A stretch of DNA of 64,000 bases from Promethearchaeia archaeon (GTDB lineage: Archaea > Asgardarchaeota > Lokiarchaeia > Sigyniarchaeales > SOKP01). The stretch lies in contig JAHQWK010000008.1 of the NCBI GenBank assembly GCA_029856145.1, forward strand, positions 96,001 through 160,000, in the 5' to 3' direction. This document shows positions 10,324-19,300 of the stretch, piece after piece. Positions within the stretch are counted from its first letter, which is position 1; every line of letters starts with the position of its first letter. The notes beneath the pieces were generated by a model. It did not search any database and was not told where the DNA came from. It saw only the letters and a program-made list of their open reading frames with translations. A program made the translations under genes and the position numbers.

Positions 10324-12603
10324 TTAATTCAGTGGTAATTTTACAATAAAAGTGCTACCCTTACTTCTACCTTCTGATTCTGCTCTAATAGTACCTTCAT
10401 GTAGATCTATTATTTCTTTAGAAATATATAATCCCAATCCAGTTCCTTGGATATCAATATATTCTAATCCGTCCCCATATCTTTCTATCTTACCAAATCG
10501 AGTAAATAGTTTGTCCATCTCTTCTTTAGTTAGACCAATTCCGGTGTCGCTTATTGATAATTCTACACAATTATCTTTTTGTAATGATTTTATTGTGATT
10601 TTTCCAGTAGGAGGTGTATTTTTTATTGCATTAGATAAGAGATTTACTATCACTTGTTCAATTCTTATCCTATCAATTTCTAAAAATAAATCATCCATAA
10701 GGTCAAGTTCTAAATTTAATTTTCGCATATTTATGAGATACATCAGTTCTCTTGTACAATCTCTTATTACTTGGCTGAAGTCAGTTGAATCTTTTTCTAA
10801 TTTAAATTTCTTATATTCTATTCTTGTAATATCAACCAAATTATCAACTAAGTATTTCAATCGTTTACCCCCCTTTTCAATCATTACAATTAGTTCTTTT
10901 GTTTCGTCTTTAAATTCTTCTATAAAAGAGTCTAAAAGAAGTTCAGCAGCCCCGCAAACAGAGACCAAAGGTGTTTTTAATTCATGTGAAACTCGAGAAA
11001 TTAAATCCTTTCTAATTTGATCTAATTCTTTTAATTTTATGATTTCTTCTTCAATAAGAAGGTCAGCCTGTTTTTGTTCAGTAATATCATTTATAACGGC
11101 TTGGATCAAAGCCTCATTACCTAATTTTACTAATGTTGTTTGATATCTTATCCAAATCAGACTACCATCTTTCCTATATAATTCTGTCTCTAATGGAGGT
11201 AAAATTTCACCTTTTAAAACTTTTTGAAATCTTTTGAGCATTAAAGGTACATATTTCGGATGAATTGCTGGAAGATTTTTGAATTCAATTCCAATTAATT
11301 CATCTTGACTATATCCAAGTAATCTTTCAATTGACGGATTACAATAATCGATTTTTCCTTGTTGATCAATTAAAGCAATTGAAAATGGCACAGATTCAAT
11401 CAGATTGCGATATCTTTCTTCAGATTCCTTTAATTTTCGTTCTAATTCGAATCTCTCAGTAATATCTGATATTAAACCCTGAATTATTTGGGACTTATCC
11501 TTGGGTCCTTCTATAATATGAGAATTTAATTGTACTACTATTTTTTCACCATTTTTCTTTTTTGCATAAACTAAATAATTCTTAACAAAACCTTTTTCTT
11601 CCAATTCTTTTAGATATATTCTCCGATCCGCAGGTTTTTGCCAAAAATCATGCACATCTCTATTTTCTAGATTTTCAGACGGATTATACCCTAATATCTC
11701 ACAAAATCTAGGATTATGATTCAGCAGCAAACCATCCCAGTTTAGTTGATAAAATCCCAAATCTAAATGATTGATCATATTACGATATTTTTCCTCAGAT
11801 TCCTTTAACCTTTTTTCTGTTAAAACCCGAACTGTAATATCGCGAACTACACCTTGAATCATTTGTTTTCCCCCTACGTCAACCAAACTCGATGAAACTT
11901 CAGCAAGGAAAATTTTACCATTTTTCTTTTTAAAACTTATTTCAAATCTTATATCTCCTTTTTGGGAAAGCTCTTCAAAAGCTTTCTTAGATGATTCCAG
12001 TTCGGTTGTTGGATGAAGTTCGGAAATTTTTAAATTTATTATTTCTGATCTTGTATATCCAAATTGTTCTAAAACTCTTTGATTAACATCTATGATTTGA
12101 CCTTCTAAATCATGAAGGAAAATCGCATCATTTGAATGTTGGAAGAGATTACTATATTTTTCTTCAGATTCTCTTAATTCTTGGGTTCTTAGATCCAAAA
12201 ATTCTTCTAATTCTTGTTTGAAACGTTCTTCCTCTTTTTTTCTCTTAGTTACGTCGCGAAATATCCCGTAAAAACCAATTTTATTGTCTTTAGAATCGTA
12301 TTTCAAATATACAGAGGTTTCACCGATAATCTTTTCTCCATTTTTATTTTTAAATTGATACTCAAAATCAGTCAATGGTTTACCTGTTTTATAAACAGTA
12401 TTAAAACCCTCAAATATATATTTTCTATTTTCTTCGTTAGTAATGTGTTTATAGTTTAATCCCAATAATTCTTCTTTTGAATATCCAGTAAGTTTACATA
12501 AAGATTCATTAAAATAGGTAAATATGCCATTTAAGTCAACTTCAAAATAACATTCTTTAATGCTCTCTATTATCTGTAAAAATTTATCTTTTGAAAATTC
12601 CAA
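10324..12603 (-). CDS. Cytoplasmic sensor histidine kinase with four PAS domains
   Basis: Four PAS repeats ending in RDVT/RDIT/SDIT/NDIT; H-box SHELKTPL, N-box NLLSNAIK, DTGIG, GTGLGL; no TM segment. Confidence 0.95.
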   Translation of the reverse strand: MEFSKDKFLQIIESIKECYFEVDLNGIFTYFNESLCKLTGYSKEELLGLNYKHITNEENRKYIFEGFNTVYKTGKPLTDFEYQFKNKNGEKIIGETSVYLKYDSKDNKIGFYGIFRDVTKRKKEEERFKQELEEFLDLRTQELRESEEKYSNLFQHSNDAIFLHDLEGQIIDVNQRVLEQFGYTRSEIINLKISELHPTTELESSKKAFEELSQKGDIRFEISFKKKNGKIFLAEVSSSLVDVGGKQMIQGVVRDITVRVLTEKRLKESEEKYRNMINHLDLGFYQLNWDGLLLNHNPRFCEILGYNPSENLENRDVHDFWQKPADRRIYLKELEEKGFVKNYLVYAKKKNGEKIVVQLNSHIIEGPKDKSQIIQGLISDITERFELERKLKESEERYRNLIESVPFSIALIDQQGKIDYCNPSIERLLGYSQDELIGIEFKNLPAIHPKYVPLMLKRFQKVLKGEILPPLETELYRKDGSLIWIRYQTTLVKLGNEALIQAVINDITEQKQADLLIEEEIIKLKELDQIRKDLISRVSHELKTPLVSVCGAAELLLDSFIEEFKDETKELIVMIEKGGKRLKYLVDNLVDITRIEYKKFKLEKDSTDFSQVIRDCTRELMYLINMRKLNLELDLMDDLFLEIDRIRIEQVIVNLLSNAIKNTPPTGKITIKSLQKDNCVELSISDTGIGLTKEEMDKLFTRFGKIERYGDGLEYIDIQGTGLGLYISKEIIDLHEGTIRAESEGRSKGSTFIVKLPLN

Positions 12604-12854
12604 TTTTTTCCTTAACCTGCTATTTGATTAATTGTTCTTAAAAAACTGCATAACTTTAGAAGATATGCAAAAATTCTCAAACTTTGTAACTTTTTACTAT
12701 AGGTCTAATGAAATATTAAGTATTTATTTTTTGTTTAAAAGCAAGTATTATTTTATTTTTAATACTCCTTAATTACCTTGATAATAATAATGCAATTCTT
12801 AACAAACTAAGTGAAATTTGACTCAATCTTTTATTTTTATAAATGGTAAGAATT

Positions 12855-12867
12855 AAAAACTTATATA
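12855..12867 (+). promoter_or_regulatory. Putative BRE/TATA promoter of porD-porA-porB
   Basis: AAAAAC-TTATATA about 50 nt upstream of the porD ATG; AT-rich background weakens the call. Confidence 0.4.
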
Positions 12868-12915
12868 CGTTTGATTCCATACAGAATCTGATTTATAACT
12901 ATTTTTGATGTATAG

Positions 12916-13215
12916 ATGACTGACTCAAAAAAAGATTATCAAAAAATATTAGGTTCAGTTCAAAAACCCGTAATTGGCGAAGCAGGTAAAACTGGAACTT
13001 GGAGTCCAAAAAAGCCAATTATTGATTTAGATAAATGTATTCCAGTTAAATCTGGAAAACCTAGTTGTTTTAATTGCTGGCTTTATTGTCCCGAGGCTGT
13101 AGTGACGAGAACAATTCCTCCTAAGATCGATTTAGTATATTGTAAAGGATGTGGAATTTGTATGGAAGAATGCCCAGTCAAAGCTATTACAATGGAGGAG
13201 GTGAAATCTGAGTGA
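12916..13215 (+). CDS. porD: 2-oxoacid:ferredoxin oxidoreductase delta subunit (2x[4Fe-4S])
   Basis: KTGTW..KKP, C...CFNCWLYCP and YCKGCGICMEECP. Confidence 0.93.
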   Translation: MTDSKKDYQKILGSVQKPVIGEAGKTGTWSPKKPIIDLDKCIPVKSGKPSCFNCWLYCPEAVVTRTIPPKIDLVYCKGCGICMEECPVKAITMEEVKSE

Positions 13216-14504
13216 CTGTAATTGAATCAAAGAAAACTAAAATTGATGAAAACATAATGATTTTAACTGGAAATCATGCAGCCGCACATGCTTTTCGGCA
13301 AGTGAAAGTAGGCGTTGTGTCAGCGTATCCAATTACACCACAAAGTCCTGTGGTTGAAAAAATTGCTGAATTTATTTCAGAAGGAAAATTAAAAGCCAGA
13401 TTCGTTAAAGTTGAATCTGAACATTCGGCATTAGCCGTGTGTTGTGCCGCGTCTGCAACCGGATCGAGGGTTGGCACTGCAACATCTGCTCACGGTTTAG
13501 AATATATGTATGAAATGTTACCATGGGCAGCAGGAAATAGGTTACCTATTATAATTAATCTCGCAACAAGATCGCTTGGGGCTCCTTGGTCAGTTTGGAC
13601 GGATCACTCCGATTTCATTACAATAAGAGATGTTGGCTGGATTCAGTTTATGTGTGAAAATAACCAGGAAATTTATGATACTAATCTTCAAGCATTTAAG
13701 ATTGCAGAAGATCCGCGTGTTTTTCTACCTGCAATAGTTGCTTATGATGGATATATACTAAGTCATACAATGATGCCAGTCAAATTAGAAAATCAAGAAA
13801 GAATTGACCAATTTTTACCATCTCTTAAGCACCATATTAATTTATCTGACATTTCACAAGTAAAAGGTATCGATCCAGTAACTACACCTCACATTGTTAA
13901 GCGAGCAGAAGGAACTGCTCCCGGTTATTATGAATATAGATATTCCCTTCAAAGATCTTTAGAAAATTCAATTGATATAGTTAAAGAGGTTCATGATGAG
14001 TTTGCCACCAAATTTGGGAGATCTTATGGGAACGGTATATATAAAAAAGTTCAAACTGAGGATGCTGATACAATTATCTATGCTATGGGATCAGTTGCCT
14101 CACAAGCTAGAGTTGCAATTAAAAAGCTAAGAGCAGAAGGTTTAAAGATTGGAATATTAAGCCTTAAACTATTTAGACCTTATCCATACGAAGAAATGAA
14201 GGAATTTTTCAAAGATAAAAAAAATATTATAGTTTTTGACAGAGATATTGGATATGGATACGAAGGTGTTCTATCTTATGAATTAAAAGCTGCGCTTTAT
14301 GGATTAAAAAATAGACCAAACCTCAAGGGCTTTATTGTTGGGTTAGGTGGTAGAGATGTAAAAACAGAACATATCATTACCGGTGTTCATAAAGCTTTAG
14401 ATGAATTTAAAAAAGGAATATCTACTAATAAAACCGATTTTTTAGGTTTAAGATTAGAGGAATTGAAAGATTATGATGAATCAACATACTTTAAAAGTGA
14501 GTGA
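13212..14504 (+). CDS. porA: 2-oxoacid:ferredoxin oxidoreductase alpha subunit
   Basis: AYPITPQ, VESEHSA, TATSAHGL, GLGGRD; start/stop overlap with porD. Confidence 0.95.
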   Translation: MTVIESKKTKIDENIMILTGNHAAAHAFRQVKVGVVSAYPITPQSPVVEKIAEFISEGKLKARFVKVESEHSALAVCCAASATGSRVGTATSAHGLEYMYEMLPWAAGNRLPIIINLATRSLGAPWSVWTDHSDFITIRDVGWIQFMCENNQEIYDTNLQAFKIAEDPRVFLPAIVAYDGYILSHTMMPVKLENQERIDQFLPSLKHHINLSDISQVKGIDPVTTPHIVKRAEGTAPGYYEYRYSLQRSLENSIDIVKEVHDEFATKFGRSYGNGIYKKVQTEDADTIIYAMGSVASQARVAIKKLRAEGLKIGILSLKLFRPYPYEEMKEFFKDKKNIIVFDRDIGYGYEGVLSYELKAALYGLKNRPNLKGFIVGLGGRDVKTEHIITGVHKALDEFKKGISTNKTDFLGLRLEELKDYDESTYFKSE

Positions 14505-15409
14505 AAAAAATGGTAAATGTGATGGATCTTCCTGAAGAGGAATTTATTTATCCAGGCACTCGTGCTTGTGCGGGATGTGGAATGGCGTTGATCTATAGAA
14601 TTGCTCTTAAAGCTTTGGGGGCTAAAACAATAGCAACGGTACCAGCATCATGTTTAACAGTACTACATGGAATGCAAGGATTCTGCTCAACAAAAATATC
14701 TGTTTATCATACACCTTTCGCAACAACTGGAGCTTCTGCATCTGGAATCTTAGCTTCATTAGAGGATAAAGGTTTAGCAGATGAAATTACTGTTCTTGCT
14801 TTTGCAGGAGATGGTGGAACAACAGATATAGGGATACAAGCTCTAAGTGGTGCCGTAGAAAGAGGAACTAACTTTATCTATGCATGTTATGATAATGAAG
14901 CATATATGAATACAGGAGTTCAGCGAAGTGGTTCAACCCCACTAGGCGTTCGAACGACTACTACTCCAGAGGGAAAGAAAGTTAATAAGAAAAATATGCC
15001 TAAGATATTAGAAGCACATGATATTCCATATGTCACTACTGCTAATGCTGCTTACCCTCTTGACTTATTTGAAAAATTCAAAAGAGCGAAAACTATAATC
15101 GGACCAAAATATTTCCATATATTATCACCTTGTCCTCCGGGATGGGGATATGAACCAAAAGATACAATTTTAATTGGTAGATTAGCAAACGAAACAGGAT
15201 TCTGGCCTCTTTATGAGGTTATTGACGGTAAATTTGAAGTATCAAGACCAAGTAAAAGATATTTAGACTCATCTAAAAGAAAACCAATTACAGAGTATCT
15301 GAAAATTCAAAAAAGATTTAAATCCATTGATAATGCAACAACAAAGATTTATGAAGAGTATATTGCCAATATGTGGAAAGAAATAAAAACTAGACTCGAA
15401 AATCAGTAA
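14501..15409 (+). CDS. porB: 2-oxoacid:ferredoxin oxidoreductase beta subunit (TPP-binding)
   Basis: ACAGCG, GDGG...DNEAYMNTG TPP motif, SPCPPGW. Confidence 0.95.
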   Translation: MKKMVNVMDLPEEEFIYPGTRACAGCGMALIYRIALKALGAKTIATVPASCLTVLHGMQGFCSTKISVYHTPFATTGASASGILASLEDKGLADEITVLAFAGDGGTTDIGIQALSGAVERGTNFIYACYDNEAYMNTGVQRSGSTPLGVRTTTTPEGKKVNKKNMPKILEAHDIPYVTTANAAYPLDLFEKFKRAKTIIGPKYFHILSPCPPGWGYEPKDTILIGRLANETGFWPLYEVIDGKFEVSRPSKRYLDSSKRKPITEYLKIQKRFKSIDNATTKIYEEYIANMWKEIKTRLENQ

Positions 15410-15523
15410 AGATTTAAATATTAAAGTATTGGTTGAAAATTGTTTATTTTTTTAGTTTTTATTAGTTTATCCTAAAGTTATAGTAAAAAATAAAAGCTAA
15501 ATTTAGTTAAGTTAAGTAGATAT

Positions 15524-16309
15524 TTGATGCTAAGAACATTCATATTTGATGAGTCTAAATCTCATTGGATCGACGAAGAACATCGTTTACTATCCCAAGA
15601 CATCTGTGCAATTTTAGATGAGGAAAATGATGTTATATATCTTTGGAATGGGCCAAAAAGCAAAAAAGCAAAATTTAGGAAAGGATTTAAACAATTAAAT
15701 CAATTAGTCTCCAGCTTTCCAGATTTAAATATCCAGTTTGTTATGACAAAGAAGAATTTTCCAATTCAGATTCAAAACAAAATTGATTCATTATTAGAAT
15801 CCATGAAATTAGGCAAGGGGAAAGTTTTAAAATTTAGTAGATTTACAACTATACGGATTTTCAGCATTTCCATAATGATTTCAGTGATTTTACCAATTTT
15901 TTCGTTTTTAAATTTAAGCACATCATTGTTTTGGCCAATGTTTAATGGGAATTATCAAGTGAATGACATAAACTATGCTGCTTGGATTAATAATTCAAAA
16001 ATATTCACTTTAATTACGCTAATATTTTTCTTTATCAATATTTTGATTGGGATAATTGAACATGAAAACCAAGTTATAATATTTTCAACAAACAGTATGA
16101 TTATTTCAATAGGATTGATTATGTACTTAAACCAAGGGATTTTTTTATTTTTATTTCAAGAAGGCTCAACACCAACTACTTATCTCATATTATCGAAAGA
16201 TATTCTCATCTTTTTGCTGTTGAATTCAATGGCTTTACTGATTTTTGAAATACCAAATATATATAAATTAATATCTTTTTTCAAAACATATCGAAAATTC
16301 ATTTTTTAG
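15524..16309 (+). CDS. Membrane protein with N-terminal gelsolin-like domain and about 4 TM helices
   Basis: LLSQDICAILDEENDVIYLWNGPKS fits the gelsolin core L.S.D..ILD....IY.W.G..S; residues ~110-250 hold four hydrophobic segments; start may be the ATG at 15527. Confidence 0.65.
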   Translation: MMLRTFIFDESKSHWIDEEHRLLSQDICAILDEENDVIYLWNGPKSKKAKFRKGFKQLNQLVSSFPDLNIQFVMTKKNFPIQIQNKIDSLLESMKLGKGKVLKFSRFTTIRIFSISIMISVILPIFSFLNLSTSLFWPMFNGNYQVNDINYAAWINNSKIFTLITLIFFFINILIGIIEHENQVIIFSTNSMIISIGLIMYLNQGIFLFLFQEGSTPTTYLILSKDILIFLLLNSMALLIFEIPNIYKLISFFKTYRKFIF

Positions 16310-16320
16310 CTGAAAAAAGT

Positions 16321-17196
16321 GTGCAAGTAGCAAACCTTCTTACTAAACTTGAAAAGGAAGATCTTAGAATACTTATGGCAATTGAAATTGGGATGAAAAG
16401 ATCAGAGTTTGTTACTATAAATAATATTAAATTCTATTCACGTTACAAGATGGAAGAGACTCTTTTCCGTCTAAAAAAAGTTCATAAACTTGATTTAATT
16501 ATTAGAGACGCTTCCAAACATGAAATTGCCTACACACTCAATTCTAAAGCATATGATTTACTTGCGTTGCATACTTTAGTCCAACAAAATATAATCAGTC
16601 AATTGGGACCTCCCATAGGTAAAGGTAAAGAATCAGATGTATATAGTTGCATGGATGATGATAAAAATATTTATGCGGCTAAATTTTATCGAATGGGGAG
16701 GACAAGCTTTAAAAGTATCAAACAATTAAGAGATATTATTGGAAATAGAGGACATCTCTCTTGGCTTTATGTAAATAGACTTGCTGCCAAAAAAGAATAT
16801 GAAGCTCTTGAAGAAATATATAAACTCAAACTAAATACTCCAAAGCCAATAGGATATAACAGACATATAATTATAATGTCATATTTGAGAGGAAAAGAAT
16901 TAGTTTACTATAAAAGTATTAAAAAACCTTTAAAAATTTTCAATAGAATTATAAAACAATATAAAGTAATATATAAAAAAGTAAACATGATACATGGGGA
17001 TTTAGGGGAATTTAACATTGTTTTGGATGAAAAAGGAAACATTTTAATAATTGATTGGCTACAGTGGGTTCCAACTGATCATCCCAATGCTAATTCACTT
17101 TTAGAAAGAGATGTTGAGAATATATGTAATTATTTCCGAAAAAAGTATAAAATTGAAAGTAATGTAGAAGAGATTCTTCAATCATTTCACAAATAG
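16321..17196 (+). CDS. rio2: RIO2-type atypical protein kinase
   Basis: N-terminal wHTH (DLRILMAIEIGM, YDLLAL), IGKGKESDVY, KFYRMGRTSF, IHGDLGEFNI, IDWLQ, HPNA. Confidence 0.95.
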   Translation: MQVANLLTKLEKEDLRILMAIEIGMKRSEFVTINNIKFYSRYKMEETLFRLKKVHKLDLIIRDASKHEIAYTLNSKAYDLLALHTLVQQNIISQLGPPIGKGKESDVYSCMDDDKNIYAAKFYRMGRTSFKSIKQLRDIIGNRGHLSWLYVNRLAAKKEYEALEEIYKLKLNTPKPIGYNRHIIIMSYLRGKELVYYKSIKKPLKIFNRIIKQYKVIYKKVNMIHGDLGEFNIVLDEKGNILIIDWLQWVPTDHPNANSLLERDVENICNYFRKKYKIESNVEEILQSFHK

Positions 17197-17210
17197 TAAA
17201 TTTAAAATCC

Positions 17211-17825
17211 TTATTCTTTCAATATTATCCCTTGAATCACAATATCCTCTAAATTTTCGTTGTTTATTATAAATAAATCTTTTATCTTAGTTTTTAATAT
17301 TTTTAACAATGATTCTAATTCTAATTTTTTCTTTAATATTGAAAATTTAAAATCAGCATTATTTTTACTAACCCTAAATGATTCATTAATTCCATCCTTA
17401 GTATGAGGTAAATTTTGGAAGGAAGTTAGTGCAAAAATTGAAAAGAATATATTCTCTCTAAAAGGTAAACAATCAATATCGGACAAAATTAAATTTGGAG
17501 TATAGTTACTGTAATTAAAATTAATAATTTTTGATTTGAATTCTAATAGCATTTTCCAAGAAATATCTACTCCTACATAATTTAATTTTATTGCTTCCTT
17601 ATATAATAAAGACTTTTTGATATATTCAAAAAATAATCCTGTACCACAGCCCAAGTCTAAAATAATTCTTCCATCTGCTCTGTAATTATTTAAAACAATT
17701 TCATATTTCTCTTCTTGTATCACTCGATATCTCTTATCGTAAAACTGAGAAGATGAATTGTATTTTTCGATTATCTTTTTCTTCTTATTGTGAATTCTAG
17801 AGTGCTCTTCCAAGATGATAACCAA
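17211..17825 (-). CDS. Class I SAM-dependent methyltransferase
   Basis: ILDLGCGTG, VGVDISWKML, LPFR. Confidence 0.85.
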   Translation of the reverse strand: MVIILEEHSRIHNKKKKIIEKYNSSSQFYDKRYRVIQEEKYEIVLNNYRADGRIILDLGCGTGLFFEYIKKSLLYKEAIKLNYVGVDISWKMLLEFKSKIINFNYSNYTPNLILSDIDCLPFRENIFFSIFALTSFQNLPHTKDGINESFRVSKNNADFKFSILKKKLELESLLKILKTKIKDLFIINNENLEDIVIQGIILKE

Positions 17826-17936
17826 ACGAATTTTATCTTGTTTTTTTAATGCCGTAAGGTTTTAATTCAAAAAATTCTATCTTTAAATTATCTTTTCAAT
17901 AAATATAATAATAATTTTTTGATATAAAAATTAAAA

Positions 17937-18200
17937 ATGTCAAGTAAAAATAATAATGAACAGAGATCGAAAAACCCTTTACAAATTTTGCAAAATAGCC
18001 AAGGTTCAACAATTTTGCTCAGATTAAAAGATGGAACTGAATATAAAGGGTTATTAAAGGAAATAGATGCTTACATGAACATGATTCTAGAGGATGCTAC
18101 GGAAATGATTGATAATTTACCCGTGGCTAAATACAACGAGATATTCATTCGGGGCAATAATCTTCTATTCATAAAACCGGATGCTTCTCAGCTTACATAG
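17937..18200 (+). CDS. Sm/LSm-family RNA-binding protein (SmAP)
   Basis: Sm1 LKDGTEYKGLLKEIDAYMNMILEDA, Sm2 IFIRGNN. Confidence 0.95.
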   Translation: MSSKNNNEQRSKNPLQILQNSQGSTILLRLKDGTEYKGLLKEIDAYMNMILEDATEMIDNLPVAKYNEIFIRGNNLLFIKPDASQLT

Positions 18201-18284
18201 GTATTATAATCACTTTTCATTAGTTTACCCTTACATTGAACCTTAGATTTCATAAAAAATCGAAATCATTATCTAGAATTAGTT

Positions 18285-19184
18285 TTATAACTCTAAGAGT
18301 TTTGGTATTATCTCATTATTTCTAATAATTGCATAAGACGCAGGATTTGGAGTATAATCTCCTCCATAATTCGCTGATGAGAATATTGATAATAATTTAT
18401 TATTAAAGAACCATCGATATCCCTCAGGAAAACATTCATGCGCTCTTATAAGATAAATTAGATTGTTATACTTCATAAAAACATCGAAAACATCGTTTCC
18501 AAAAAACTTAATGCCTACCCCTCTAAAACTATCGGAAAAACCTTGTAATCCCGACTTAGGGTCATTCCACATAATTTGATATATACTTTGAGCATTTGAG
18601 GTAAATACCACATTAAAATCCTTACATTTTTGACCTTGTAATTTCTTTAAAATTTCATTATCTTGTGGAATTCCTCCATGTAAGCATAAAATTATTTCAT
18701 TAATTAATGCACATATCGGGAGTGCGTTATAAACTTTTATTATTTCATTGAACTTACTTTGATCTTTGAATCTTAAAAGAAAATCTTGAAAAAAACCATA
18801 ATATTGATTCATTTCAAGAGTTTCATGATTTCCTCTTAATACGTAATACTTTAAAGGGAAAAGAATCTTTAAAGCAAAAATTATAAGTAGACATTCTAAT
18901 TGCTTAGATCCACGATCAACAATATCTCCTAAAAAAATTACTAACTTTGGGTTATCAATATTTATGATTTTGATTAATTCTATCAAGGTTTTTAAGTTTC
19001 CATGAATATCTCCTATTACATAAACTAATTCTGTTTTTTTATTAACTTTAAACTCTAAAAGTAGATTTTCTTCCTCAAATTTTTTTTTAACTGTCTTTAT
19101 TATTCTTGAAATATTATCAAACTTTAATTTAGAGATTTTTTGAGGATTTTTTATTAGATCAAGTAAAAATGAATTTTCAATCAA
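18285..19184 (-). CDS. Ser/Thr protein phosphatase, PPP family
   Basis: GDIHG, GDIVDRG, LRGNHE, HGG, WNDP, RAHE, FSSANY. Confidence 0.95.
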   Translation of the reverse strand: MIENSFLLDLIKNPQKISKLKFDNISRIIKTVKKKFEEENLLLEFKVNKKTELVYVIGDIHGNLKTLIELIKIINIDNPKLVIFLGDIVDRGSKQLECLLIIFALKILFPLKYYVLRGNHETLEMNQYYGFFQDFLLRFKDQSKFNEIIKVYNALPICALINEIILCLHGGIPQDNEILKKLQGQKCKDFNVVFTSNAQSIYQIMWNDPKSGLQGFSDSFRGVGIKFFGNDVFDVFMKYNNLIYLIRAHECFPEGYRWFFNNKLLSIFSSANYGGDYTPNPASYAIIRNNEIIPKLLEL

Positions 19185-19300
19185 ATTGAGACTTTATTTA
19201 AATGTTATATTTTAATTATTTTAAATTAGTTCTATTATTTTTAATATAGTTTCTAGCATTTTTATAAATAAAGAATTTTAAAATGAAAAGTTAAATTTTA

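Noticed and set aside
12841-12849. AAATGGTAA found upstream of both porD and hdrC (52772) as a shared regulon motif
   Set aside because: The same 9-mer also occurs inside coding sequence (e.g. near 14508, 57564, 60543), so chance in AT-rich DNA is likely
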